From Pseudovirgaria hyperparasitica (taxonomy: Eukaryota): a stretch of DNA of 64,000 bases. Shown piece by piece: positions 25,273 to 38,726 of the stretch (the stretch's first letter is position 1; every line of letters starts with the position of its first letter). A program made the position numbers and the translations under genes. The DNA is taken from NCBI GenBank assembly GCA_010093815.1, contig ML996581.1; one strand, written 5' to 3'. The notes beneath the pieces are model-generated. The model searched no databases and was not told the DNA's origin. It was given only the letters and a program-made list of their open reading frames with translations.

Positions 25273-27103
25273 TTACTCTTCAACCTCTTCCTCAGGGATA
25301 GGAGCCTCTTCGCCGTCGTCTTCGAAGGTGTTCTCTGGAACAGAATACAAGCGCAGAATGTTCTTATTAGGGTCTTTAACAAGAACATACTTCCCTTCCT
25401 CCATCTTCAGACACATGTCGCAGATAGTCCGGACGATACCCCAGCCATTGGCTAGGTTCAGGGCCATCTGGTTGGCAAAATCACGGGGCTTATTGGTCAG
25501 TACGCCCAGGACGACATGGTCATTGTTGTTCCGCGGGTTCGCACGCGAGACAAACCTGGTTGGATGTTAGCGAAAGTTTATATAGTCGCGTACGACCTAT
25601 AGCTCACCCAAGCTTCATGGTGTCAGCCTTGGCCAAGATGGCCTGGGTAGTCCAGCGAGCCAACTTGCAGGCATTGTTCTTCATTTCAGTGGCAAGGACA
25701 GCACCTCTTTGGCTGGCAAGTTTGCTGCGCCAATCGAGGGCTCCGCCGCTGCCTTGAGCTTTGCTGTCGAACTCATTCAAAGCCTTGATAGTCATGTGCT
25801 GGTCCTCGCCATTTATGGTGTTCTTCATAACAGCATCGAGTTCTGTGCGCACGATGATATGTAACGGCTCCTCATCCTTCTCTAAGGACAAATCAAAGCG
25901 GCGGTATTTGTAAGCCTTTGACGCGGGCGGGTCCGTTTCAACATCCTCATTATAGAATGGGTGCTCGTTCGCCATGTCGACCTTGGAGGTCTGGGACTCT
26001 GTGACGACCTGGAGAGGAAAAACGTTGTTGATGTGCGTGGCTTCCAGCATCAATGCGCCAGGGTTGTTCATGGTATCCTTGTTACCTTCCGAGAGCTCCA
26101 ATGGTGCATCAGCAGCGTTCTCGTTGACTGTGACCATATCGATGTTCGAATTCTCTCTTTTGTCGATGAAGACTTTGTTTCCTTGCCGCGTGAAGACCAA
26201 GTCCCAAGAATAGACTGATTTTGTAGAGCACATTAGCATCGACAAAATGTTGTCCGTGGTGAAGATCGTGGCTTCATCCTTATCGGCCAGCTCTTGTATG
26301 ATAGGATCGCTAGATGTGGTGACGTTGTAGGCTGCTCTCTCCAATACATTCAGTTTCCTCTCGGATGTCTTCGCGCCCGGTGCCTTGTCGTACGATCTGT
26401 CGTAGTAGTAAAGAAAGCCATAGCTGTCAAGGTCATCGCCTTCTCCAGTTTCCAAGTTAAGCTTCATAAGTCTGGGAAAATCAATCTCTTCCAAAACGAC
26501 CCAATCAGGCTTAACATTGACGGAGGCATCTCTATTACGCTGTGGCTTATCATCCCTCCAGCCGAAACGTCTCCCTCCTCGACCTCCCCTTGCACCTCCA
26601 CGGTCATTATAGCCTCCTTGTCCACCGCGATTGCCTCCGACGCGCTGGAATGTACCGCGACCGCCGCGCTGAGCTGGACCACCACGCTGACCGCCGCGGC
26701 CGCGGAACACTGTTCCTCCCCCTCTTCCGAAACCTCGGGTCCGGGCGGACGTTCTGGTGTTGTCGACGACGGAGAATGTGGCTTCCTCCTCAGCAACTTG
26801 GATTGCGAAAGGATTGCTCGCTTGGTTTGCGCCATAAACTTGCTGATCTGCGAAACATAAGTATAGCCCAGAACTCAGTGCTCTCCCATAACTACCTCTA
26901 TAGTTACGATTGCTATATTGCTGCCGGCCTCCTCGCTCACGATCTTTTGCATCGGTCCAGTCTGCCATGCGGCCTAATTTGTCGGCCTTAGAGTATGGAG
27001 CAAATGGAACACCGTCGAGCATGGTTTCGCCCACTGTCGGAGGTCCCCAGCCATCTCTGTCAGGCACACTGCCGATCAAATCTGCGAGAGAAGCGGGCGC
27101 CAT
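25273..27103 (-). CDS. EIF3D: Translation initiation factor eIF3 subunit d
   Basis: [17 protein letters not shown]-rich segment, [29 protein letters not shown] and YVLVKDPNK; two introns. Confidence 0.96.
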
Positions 27104-27522
27104 GTTTGCAGTGAGATGAAGCGCTCAAAGTGCTGCAGCAGGAACCGCACAAATATCGAACTTTCAATCTTGGTGGGGTGTAAATCTTGGCGTACTTAAG
27201 CTCACCCGATCACGTGTTTAGCTCATACTTGGAGCAACTTGAACTTTATCTATGCCCTTACTAGCCCATTGTCCTTGCATTCTGTTTGTGCTCAGTCATT
27301 AAATTACGGGCAAATATCAGTGCTGTCAATAGGAGATTGTCTCTTCTACAGCACAGGACTGCGGTGCTGACCACGTACACTGGTCGTTCATGCCATTCTA
27401 CTCCAGAATGGTTTGTTTACACGTCTGCTGTATAATGTACGTGTCTGGACTTCACGCTTGAACCCTCAATAATATGGCTTGGATCGAACATTGTCCCTTC
27501 TATCAACAGTTTAGCCAGCAAT

Positions 27523-29141
27523 ATGGAAGAGATTCTGGCTCATGTCTCGGCACCCGCAAGGCGGAAGGATGACGACTTGTATCGAATGCAGTCGGAAGCA
27601 TACATGACATTTGAACCTCGAAAACGCATACGACTTTTACATACAGAAATGCCAACAGTCACTTTCACTCAACAGCACCGGAATGTGTATAATACTGGGA
27701 CTTCTGGGTCTACCATGTTATTGGAAGTAAGTGCTTCTGCGGAGGTACGCAATGAACGTTCAAATCTGGGAGCCACCTCAATTTCTAAAGAGATCGCACG
27801 GAAAATTACAGCGATTGAGCACCATAGGAAACCTGTTGGAGATCTTAACCTTTCTCCGACTTCATCTCGTCAACATCTCACAACACTTCGAAAAGAAAAC
27901 AATAGCCCAATCTACTTCGACGATACTCAGGATGCCATGCAAGATATCGAAAGCCAACTGTTTCCAGGGCCAAGTGGTTTCAAGGCCAATCAAAAGTCTT
28001 CTGGCAGCCATGTATCAAAAGATACTCGAGAGTCTTTAAGTCCTATATCATACCTCGATAAGGGGCCCATCGCGACAACAGATGAACTCCTTGACTCGTC
28101 GAGGATGAGTACGCAATCTCAGGATTATGGCATCGATCATAGTAAGCCCATCGATCGCGCCGCCTCATCCGGCGATATGACCTCTCAGCTTCCCCTAAGC
28201 CTCGGCCTAGGGATAATCGAGTCTGTTCCGCATTCAATGCTCCAGGAGAACATTTCGCAATCAATTCAGCCAGATTTGATGGATGAACAAACGGAGTTCC
28301 TGCACTCGGCAAATCTGCGTGACAAGGACAGGGGATCTATGCATGCTATGCACAATGCAAAGATACTGCTAGAGTCTGAAGTTGAAGCGATGGCACTACC
28401 AGTCATCCATACTTCTACCAGAGGTATGTATGCAAGAGATCTACACTACTCCCTCTAGATATTGTGTCACTGAACAACGCGGCAGTACATGTGGAAGTGG
28501 TGTCAAGCTGTGCATCGCAATATGGCTTCGTTGATGCTGACACCTCTGAAGAACGAGCATCGTTAATGTGCAAGTCTAGTCTGGTTCTCAATCCGACTAC
28601 TATGTCAGGATCAAGAGCTGATATGAATGTATTTGAGACGCTACCTATTTCAGTCATTTCACCTCTGCCGTCGACGAGTAAACCACCCGGACCCGGAGAG
28701 CAGGACAAAGCCCCGTGGCCACCATGTGCAACACGGCAACTAGAAGATCTGCGAGATCAACCCAATTTGCTCACAGTATATCAACCAAGTTGTATCAATG
28801 GGGATGTTGATATGAGTCTTCCTGGACTGAGGGGATATTGGACATTTGAGACATTCTCATGGGATGTGGAACTGCAGTTGAACTTTTGGAAAAGGCTCAT
28901 AGACTTCGTCTCTAAGGGCCATGGGTCGGACATGCGTATTCGCCGGGGCCGAACTCAACCAGATATAGAAGACGCCTCAGTCTATGAACTTGGATGTGTC
29001 GACGTCTGGTGTTGGGCTGGACTTGCGGTGCACATCTATCGGCTGCTATACGTGTTGAGTGATGGGCAAATCAAGCATAGTGGCGCCAAGTGGTTCACTG
29101 GACCAGGGAATGTTTTAACAATAACAGTCGCGCCTAGATAA
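27523..29141 (+). CDS. Uncharacterised fungal protein
   Basis: Two long ORFs joined in frame by an intron starting GTATGT at 28424 (acceptor 28485 or 28458); Trp-rich C-terminal region (RGYW...WCW...AKW). Confidence 0.7.
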
Positions 29142-29456
29142 ACTTCGTGATTATGCTCTATAAACAGAGCTCTCATTCTTCTTGACCCCGACTAATACCG
29201 GGAATAGTCAAAATGCATTCTGTTCTGGCTATATATTCATGATGTCGTTCATATAAACATGAAAACGTGTACAATGGAGAACCGAGTTACGCGTTGTTAG
29301 TATCATCCGGATTGGCACAGCCACGTCAGCCTAACCCCGAACTATCTGCGGTAGAGGGACAATAACTATCAAACTTCTAGAAGTCAATCACCACGATTGC
29401 ACAACACTCCTCGACTGTCAATCGAATGCACATGAGGTCGCTTTAGTCCCTCAATT

Positions 29457-31667
29457 ATGCCTGCTCTCCCGTCGAAAGGCAAGCGCCTTATGCCCACCAA
29501 TGATCAAACCTCCAATGCATATCCTCTGTCCGATGATGATGAGACGTATTACGAGAGCGATACGCCCTCCAGCTCAGAGAAAGACGACAAAGATATACTA
29601 GAAGAGGAGGAAGAGCGGGAAATGCTACTGTCAGGTATAAGGAGAAGCGGCGGGCTTGAGAAATTGTTTAAAGATCCAAATGCTCCTGTAGCAATGAAAA
29701 AGACGAGGAAAGCTAAACGGCGAGCACAACGCAAGGAGCGCGCTTTGCAGGGAGAAGACAGTGAACTTCTGTATGAAATGGAAGAAGGGGTTCCTTCATC
29801 AACATCATCGGGATCGTCAAGAGACCCTTCGATATTGGATAGACAGCGCATGCAATCCCTACACGGAAAGAAAGCTGTAAGAACCAAATACACGTCCTCT
29901 TGGCATTTACACTCATACATTCTTAGGGGCGCAAATACAGACCTTGTAAATGGATATGTATCGGCCTAGTAATCATTGTCCTGTTCCTCATTTTACTCTT
30001 CGCTGCTTGGGCTGCGTCCAGCCCGCCGAAGGTATCAGCAATCACATTCTTCTCGAACGGCTCGTCCCTCTTCGCACCTACGACCATTCTTATCTCACTT
30101 GATGGCTTCCGAGCAGACTTCCTTGACCGTGGACTTACTCCAACGCTAAACAAGTTTGTGCACGATGGCATCTCTCCGCGCTATATGTACCCGAGCTTTC
30201 CAAGCCTTACCTTTCCTAATCACTACACTATGGTCACCGGGCTACACCCAGAAAGTCATGGCATCGTTGGTAACACGTTCTGGGACCCGTATCTTATGGA
30301 AGAGTTCTGGTATACCAAACCAGCCCAGAGCATGCAGCCGAAATGGTGGGGTGGAGAGCCATTATGGGAAACTGCGGAGAGGCAGGGCGTGCGCGCGGCC
30401 ATTCATATGTGGCCTGGCTCGGAAGCACACATCGGAAAATTTGAGCCTGCTTATGTCGACAAATATAACGGATCCGAAGCCCTGTCGAAGAAGGTCCAAC
30501 GGATCTTGGGACTACTCGATCTCCCTGGTCCGCGAGATCAAGGTGCTAAGGATGACAAGCCTCGCCCACAGCTCATTGCCGCTTACGTTCCGAATGTCGA
30601 CTCTGACGGACACAAGTTTGGACCGAATAGCACCGAAATCAGGAAGACCATACAGTCCGTGGATATGATGCTAGAAAACCTATTCTTTGGCCTTGAGGAG
30701 CGTAATCTGACTGGTTTGGTCAATGTTGTCGTAGTATCGGATCACGGCATGGCCACCACCGATACCGAACGCATGATCCAACTGGAAGATCTCGTGGATA
30801 CAAATGAGATTGAGCACATCGATGGCTGGCCACTCTTTGGACTGAGGCCGAAAGACTCAACCCAAGTCGAGCGCATGTATAATGAGATCGTAGCGAAGAC
30901 TGAGCACAACCCAAATATCGAGGTATACCTTCGGGAGACCAATATGCCAAAGAGATATCACTTTTCGAAGAACAATCGCATAGCTCCGATCTGGCTGATA
31001 CCCAAATCAGGCTGGGCTATCGCGAAGAAAGACGAATTTGACATTGCAAAAGCCAAAGAAGTCGGTGAAGTTTTCCGTCCAAGGGGCTTGCATGGCTATG
31101 ATAACATGCACCCACTAATGAGGGCAATTTTCATTGCTCGGGGGCCGGCGTTCCCACACTCGCCTGGCAGCCGCGTAGAGCCATTTCGTAAGTAACCATA
31201 TCGTTATTCCGACCTTCATCATCTAAGTAAAGACAGAAAATATCGAGCTCTATAACATTGTTTGCGACTCGCTCGGTATTCAGCCACTGCCTAACAACGG
31301 GACGCTGCGACTACCACTTAGACCAATTGGGTTGCACAATGAGACAGGTGCACCAGGTATAGAAAGACCTAACGATCCTCCTCATGTCGATGAGAACCTA
31401 TCGTCACACAAACTGCCTGGAAGCGGCAACCACGAGAACATAGAAGGTCACAAGATACCTTCAGGGATCCCAGTTCTACCGCCGACTGCGCAAACGACTT
31501 CAATTGAGACACACAACGACCAGCAGTCAGACCAGAGCCAGACTGTGCATGTCTTCGATAGTGTCAAGGACTTCTTTGACTGGTTGACTGATAAAGTCAA
31601 CTCGGCAAAAGAATGGGCTTCAGATGCCCTTCACCAGGGCCAGAATACATCTCCCACGAGGGAATGA
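29457..31667 (+). CDS. NPP1: Ectonucleotide pyrophosphatase/phosphodiesterase (type II membrane protein)
   Basis: Introns 29877-29926 and 31188-31236; one TM helix, then ISLDGFRAD, FPSLTFPNHYT (catalytic Thr), SDHGM and GLHGYDN. Confidence 0.92.
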
Positions 31668-32357
31668 TGCCCATTTATCTGTACTACTATATTTGACAGC
31701 GTGAGCTTGGTGTATGGCGCTCATATATTGATTTATTCTCGAGGGTTTCGGATACCCTATTTCTGTATCTTGAGACTCGATCACCAATGTTGAGTGGCGG
31801 GTCTTCAGCTAAAAGGCTGTGGTTTATAGCATAGAAGACAATGTCCTAGTCTTGTCCACAGACCATGATTGTACTCTCTTCTCTGTATCGCTACTTGGAT
31901 TAAGTGTCATTCCACAACGGGTTCCCAAGTGATTGCATGCGCGTACCGCTTTACGAACGATGATGTCAATGTATCTTCAGAATTGGGCCCCTGATGAGGC
32001 TCATGGCGCCTACGTCTTCGCGATCACACGGACACTTGCATCCTATGCTCAGTACAACCTCTTTGTTCTTCGGGTTGCGTGCTAGAAACTTTCAACATTT
32101 CACTGTGGAAGCCTGCCTTGAATCTCCACAAGTGCGCCTAGTGGCGCTTGTCGGCGCTGAACGGCTTCCGATTTATATTGCGCGCGCCAAACCCGCTATA
32201 TTTTCCTCGGTCATCGTTACATGAGTACGAGACATAGCCACCGACTGCGCAGGCCGCTACAGGGCTATGCGAACTCAGCACACATACTTAAGCGGATCAC
32301 TCAATGTATATATAACAGCAGCTGAATCCTGAACATAATCACACAAAACCCGTCGGT

Positions 32358-32908
32358 ATGCTGGAGGTGAACAAGTGTGATTCGAAGAATCTAGGAGCGG
32401 TTACTGCCCCTCAGATTTGCATTACTGAAGGAGAATCTTCAGAGTCGCGTGAGTCTGCTCCGGAGTATTCGGAGGAACAACCGTAAGTGGGTATACAGAA
32501 CTTCAAGGTCTGGCATCTGACACACATAGACCTCAATATGCGGATGTTGCATCATCCTTACGTTCACTTCTGGAAGGTTGCCCCAAAGATATTGTATCTG
32601 TTCCCATGGTCAGCTCTACAGAGGTCCGGTCCTTCAAAAATTGGATAAGGAACAAACATGAGGTCGTTACTAATGTGCATGTTCGGCGGATGACACGTGA
32701 TCATTATCGAAAACACTATGCCCACGATGCACAAGGGGAGTACATTGGAACGGATAAAGCTGCGGTTGATGCTGCGTTGGTATTTGTACCAAACAAAAGC
32801 ACGCCAGACGACATGCTGGCACAAGTTCGTAAGGTGGCATTTGGGAGAGAACACAGGAATGAGGACTTCCAAGGCTGGGGATATGGTGCTGGTGATGGTG
32901 GGGGCTAG
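32358..32908 (+). CDS. Small hypothetical protein
   Basis: TATATAA near 32309; ATG at 32358; intron 32483-32529 (GTAAGT..CTGAC..TAG) joins in frame to the RRMTRDHYRKHYAHDAQGEYIGT exon. Confidence 0.7.
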
Positions 32909-33488
32909 TAAGATACAATTAAGTCAGAAACCCAACAACAACAAGACTCTAACATGATTTCTAGGGGCAAGATACTTTGATCATGGGTCTAAGAATCGAG
33001 CTTGTGCGAATATATCCTCACAGCTATGGTCATAGATAGTATTTTGTGGTATTGCTGGTCCCACCCCTATTTCACTTCATTATCTCAAAGCGGAGTTTGT
33101 ATAATCCTTCATATACTATTCCAAGTATGTTAACCCATTACATTACAAGTCTCTGTCAGTTGGATGGGTTTGATCGCGAGTGCGAGATCGTGTAACTGCA
33201 CTAAATTAGGTCTAAATTTCGGTATTCACTCTCCCAGCGGTAATCAATCAGAAGTGTTTTCTAAGTGTATACATCCCCTTGCTTTACGTCCGTTCACTAA
33301 TCCGTTCACCTGTTTTTGTTTATGAGTCCGTCACCACAGTTCACCTTGAATGTTTATGCGGTGCAACAGCTCATTTTCGACGTATCATCTACCCCAGTCG
33401 GGACACTTGACTTGATGGATATTGTAAGATCTCCGCTCTCACAGGATCTTCAGCTCTTCCGTAAAGATACAGCAGCAGCATCTTAATC

Positions 33489-35410
33489 ATGAGGAGCAAG
33501 AAACCCCTTGGACCTAAAACGGAAGACGAGGATCATGCCAACACATGTCCTGAACACGTCATGGATACTGATGTTATCTGCAGCGGCACGACTCGAGGGA
33601 TGAAAAGATGCAAGCGTTGGGTCACCGCCGGCCCGCTCGCCCAAGGCACAATACGATTCTGCTATACACATCGTGCTCTGAGTCGACAAATTGCGCAAGG
33701 AAAGTGCAAAGCCATCTTGACCTGTGGACGACCTTGCCACCGCGCTTTCCTACTTCAGACAGGCGATTTCTTGTACTGTCATGAACACGTGGAGCAGGCA
33801 CAGAACGAAGTATGTCACATTCTGAAGCTACCCATAGAGCTCCAACTTGAGATTTTCAAATACGTGATCGAAGAGCCGGACCATAGATTATTGGCAGTCT
33901 ACTGCAAAGCAAGCGACATTCTCTCTATATCTGGCATTAAAAGATCTCTCGGACCAATACTCAAGCTCAATTCGGCGTTGACTGCAGTGGTGATAGGGGC
34001 TTTCTTTGCAAAGACAGAATTTGACGTCAACATATCTCGGTCCGGTGTTAGTATATTCGGGAAACATTGGATGCCACGATTCACGGATTGCAATTTGGAA
34101 AATATGACACGAGAATTTACCAATATTCCGCTGCAGAAAATGAAGAACTTCCACATATGGGTGGAGGTGGACGGTGTCAATACCGACATGGATCTCATAT
34201 GCCCTGATTGGCCTGCTGATAGAAAACAAGACGAAGCAACCTACCGATTAAGGGATGTAGTACAGACATTCACCGAGATGCTCTCCAACCTGCCCAAAGT
34301 TCTCAGTCTTGTTGCTACGGCTATCGTTACGTCTACCGCCGTTCAGAGACGAAGACGGTTGGTAGTACTCCGTAGCGACCAAGTAATTGCTTTGGCACAT
34401 TCGGCTATCGCCCCTCTTTTTCTGCTCCGAAGAGTAAGTCATGCAAGGCTTACTAATGTCATTCAGTGCAAATATAAGTTTGTTTATCGAGACCTCTTCG
34501 AATTCCGGCAGTCATATGCGAACAATCCGATTGAAATCGGCAATCTAGATCTGCACCTATGCTCAGACATTGTAAACCCACGACAGGTTGTGCAGAGCGA
34601 TGCATTGGTACAGTTACAATGTGAATTTGGCCGGGCTTTAGAAAGCAGTCAGCCTGTTGCTGAGTGCGCCGAGATCACGAAAAGGTACTTGCGAGTTCGA
34701 GAGATCATTAACACTCTGTTACTACCGCAATATCAATCTAATATGGCGGACATGGAGAGGTTATGGATGGTACTGCGTAATGCAAGACTTCTGAACGACA
34801 CCGCCGGCATTACTGAGGTTCGAAAGGCTCTGGAAATTGGCTATGATAAACGGAGCAGGTCAGAGCTTGCTATTCACAACCAAATTGTTGAGCAGCTAGC
34901 CATTGATCGTGCGGCTCAATCAAAGACAGACGATCCATTGGCTATCACCAAGCCCAGCGCGAACTTCCGATACAGTCAACTTCGCTATAGCCGATTCAGC
35001 ATTTTCTCAACAGCCGAATACTACGTCGACACGGTCTGGTTGACACTGGACGGATTTGCAGTATTCTCGCCCCGGGTCAGAGAGGAGTCATCGCAAGGCT
35101 GTGTGTGGGTTGAGTTTCGTCCAGGATATATGTTCGCAATCCTATACACTTCAGCATTTGTGAGCTGGTCCACTGTTCCGAAATCAACTGAGCTGAATGA
35201 TTCTAGCACCATCGCTTCCCGAAGGCCCGTAAAGTCTTGACAAGGAGTCTGATAGAGGCGAGACTGAAGGAGAATGGTGAAGGGGGTCTCTTTGTCCCAG
35301 AGCTTTCGTCGAATGCGCTCTTTACGCCTAGAACAGTTCATGAGTTTTATCTGCCGCCGAGTGGCGAAGATAGCCTACCGCCGAAGTACATTCCGAAAAG
35401 AGTACCATAG
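33489..35410 (+). CDS. Hypothetical protein with tandem Cys/His zinc-binding motifs and an F-box-like segment
   Basis: 583-codon ORF; probable intron 35160-35206 extends the frame to TAG at 35410; ILKLPIELQLEIFKYV is F-box-like. Confidence 0.7.
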
Positions 35411-35842
35411 ATCTCGTACACACATGGCCAGCAGCTCTGAGGAAAATTAGCATGGGACTTGGAAATGTATGACTTCTGGACCACTTGGACAGATGGTATT
35501 AGAGGTGGTGGCGAGGTGTTTGACAACAGGAAGAGCGATGCAGAGGCGTTAGATCAATGCTCGTAGGTCCATATAGCCTGTATTCATTCTTGAATCCAGG
35601 TGAACAGTAATTAAAACGCGTTTCAATGGCAATACTCCATACTTGTCGACGGTCGTCATCTGAACATGAGTTGGATCAGGAATGCAACCACGGGAACAAG
35701 TAGGTTTCGCGATAGCAAAGGCTGATGAGAGCGGCATCTTCTTTAGATACGGATACAGATTCGGCAGATGATGCGAATGCACTGGAGCATCAGGCGCGCG
35801 TAAGATCACGTAGATAGGCATGCATGGGCAGGGGACAACGCT

Positions 35843-35881
35843 CGGGTTCGGTTCGGAGACATCCCGGAGATGAGTCGGAGA
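35843..35881 (+). promoter_or_regulatory. Four CGG triplets phased at 11 bp (tandem CGG-N8-CGG), putative Zn2Cys6 sites
   Basis: CGG at 35843, 35854, 35865 and 35876; the last three are CGGAGA; about 370-400 bp upstream of the CYP53 ATG. Confidence 0.45.
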
Positions 35882-36243
35882 CAGCTTTCCCCAGATGTAC
35901 TGACACCCTAATCCCTGTCCCTGCTACTCCGCTTCCGTCGAGCCCCCTTCCGCAGCGGGGTCGCGGCTCACAATTCGGCTTGTATTGTCTCCTCCCTCAT
36001 TGGCTCCACACAAGTTTGGGTATCTGGAGCTTCGACTGGGGTCTATAATATCATTCATCATGACTGCGCCGTCGTACTACCTGCGCTGGAAACTCGGAGG
36101 ATGAAATACGGATAGCTTGTGGCTTCATATAAGCTGACCTGATCCTCTGTCGGGTCGCGCTATTATCTGAAGCACTACTTGCATGCTATCGATCGATTCA
36201 AAGCTTCCCTGTATAGACCTGATCGAATTCGACCTGACCAACT

Positions 36244-37865
36244 ATGTTCCTCACGATCTTTGCCTCTCCGTGGCTGCTTCTGGCCCTCCCTGTGCTCTAC
36301 TACCTGCTTCCATATATCCGCAACTGGCAGATTCGAAAGGTTCCAGGACCATTTCCAGCTCAATTTACCAACCTATGGCTACTCCTACAGTGTCGACAGG
36401 GAAAGAGATATCTTAGTGTAGACAAGGCACATGAAAAATATGGTACCTTGGTCAGGATCCAGCCAGACCATGTCAGTGTTGCGGACGCGGACGCCATTCC
36501 TCAGATATATGGTCATGGCAATGGTTTCCTGAAAAGGTATGTTCACAGGGCAATAAGACGGCAGACGACGATGCTAACATTTGACTACGTGCAGTGAATA
36601 CTATGACGCCTTTGTGTCTATAAAACGTGGTCTCTTCAATACTCGCGACCGAGCCGAGCATACGCGCAAACGCAAGACCGTATCGCATACATTTAGCCAG
36701 AAGTCTGTCGGACAATTTGAACAATACATCCACCATAACTTGGAAGAGCTCGTTGCGCAATGGGATCGCATTGCAGGCCCAAAGAAGGGCGATTACGTCG
36801 ATATGGATGCTCTGCATTGGTTCAACTATCTCGCATTTGACATCATTGGAGATCTTGCTTTCGGTGCGCCTTTTGGCATGCTCAAAGAAGGCAAAGATGT
36901 AGCAGAAGTGCGCGAAACTCCCACATCGGAGCCAAAATATGCGCCTGCCATCGAGGTCTTAAACAGAAGAGGTGAAGTCTCTGGGTACGTGATACTGATT
37001 GCAGCACGTCTGTGACCGCGGATCTGACTTTTCTAGAACAATTGGGTGTCTCCCCGCCATCAAACCTTATGCGAAGTACATACCAGACCCCTTTTTCTCC
37101 AAAGGCGTCCAAGCTGTGCAGAAACTTGCCGGTATAGCTGTTGCCCGCGTGAATCAACGGCTGAATGCCGAGGAGCCCTCCGACCGCGTCGACCTCCTTG
37201 CACGCCTCATGGAAGGCAAAGACGAAAGCGGCCAAAAGCTCGGCCGTGAAGAACTCACCGCCGAAGCTCTAACCCAACTCATCGCCGGCAGCGACACCAC
37301 CTCCAACACCTCCTGCGCCCTGCTCTACCACGTTCTCCGCACCCCGGGCGTCCAGGAGAAACTCCAGCAAGAACTCGATGCCGCGCTCCCAGACATCGAC
37401 GTCGTCCCGCAGTTCAGCATGGTCAAGGACCTGCCCTACGTCGACAACGTCATCAAGGAAACCATGCGCATCCACAGCACCTCCTCGCTCGGCCTCCCGC
37501 GCGTCGTTCCCCCTGGTCAGGGCATCACGCTCGTCGGCCAGCACTTCCCCGCCGGCACCGTGCTCAGCGTACCCGCGTACACGATCCACCACAGCAAGGC
37601 GATTTGGGGTCCCGACGCCGACGACTTCGTGCCCTCGCGCTGGGAGACCGTGTCGGAGAAGCAGAAGAATGCGTTTATCCCGTTTAGCTACGGGCCACGC
37701 GCGTGTGTGGGGCGCAATGTTGCGGAGATGGAGCTCTGCCTGATCGTTAGCACCGTATTTCGGCGCTATGAATTTGAGCTGCGGCAGGGTGAGATGGAGA
37801 CGCGTGAGGGGTTCTTGAGAAAGCCGTTGGGCTTGAATGTGGGCATGAAGAAGAGGCTGAAGTGA
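36244..37865 (+). CDS. bphA: Benzoate 4-monooxygenase, cytochrome P450 CYP53A
   Basis: Introns 36537-36594 and 36985-37036; GLFNTRDRAEHTRKRK, AGSDTTS, ETMR, heme motif FSYGPRACVG and TREGFLRKP. Confidence 0.93.
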
Positions 37866-38726
37866 GGGCTGACAGTGTTGTGGTTGATGACTGTGACGAC
37901 AATGATGATGATATTCATTCATAATACGGGCGGGATATTGTGGGATTGCATGTATCACGAAAGTGACCCCCAGTTTTATCAGTAATACTTGAGCGTTGGC
38001 GAGGCTTTCTCTTTTTGACAAAAGTAATCTAAATCTTAATATCAACGAATCAAATCTCACACATATATCTATGTAACTATTTAAAGTGTACTGATCCCTC
38101 GCCACAGTTACAAGATTAGATACACACAAAATACCAGGACTACCTGCAAATGCCAAGAAGCCCCCCCCCCCCCCGGCGAACCCCTTGGAGCACCCACAAA
38201 AAGACCAAAAAACGGACGTCCAGCCAAAGTTAACAGGGGAAAAAGCACATCATGACACGACACGTCATGCAATTTCGCTGGAAGCCATGACGTTCTGTCG
38301 CCCACGAAAAAAAAAATTCCTTGAAAACCCCCTTGTTGTGGATGCGTCCTTGCGCCCATCACCGTAGCTACATGACTTACGTGTTTGTTTTTGCATTTTT
38401 TTTTTGATCATAAATGGGTAATGTCGTGCTGTCTTGTTATTCATTGTCTGGTGGGTGGTGTGGTGTGTGTGCTGTTGGGCTTCCGAAAGAGAGATAGTGG
38501 GGATATGAGCAATGAGGAGTGGAAAGGCGAGTATAGGGGGTGTGACAGGACGTGACCCGAAAAGTCCATAGAGAAAATCCATATCGGGAATAAGGGCCAA
38601 GGAGATAACGAGAGTGACAAAGTAATCAAACAACAAAAACACACATATAGGCGAAATGAGAGCAGGTTTAGACAGAATCATGGTATTTTTGTATTCGTCA
38701 ACACTACATCTGAGTTATCATCAGCG

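Noticed and set aside
31991..32020. Hammerhead ribozyme core CTGATGAG
   Set aside because: No GAAA after the stem II candidate.
37269..38156. 295-aa - strand ORF and similar antisense ORFs over TPC1, eIF3d, YTH1 and the bZIP gene
   Set aside because: By-products of GC-rich codon bias in the real genes.
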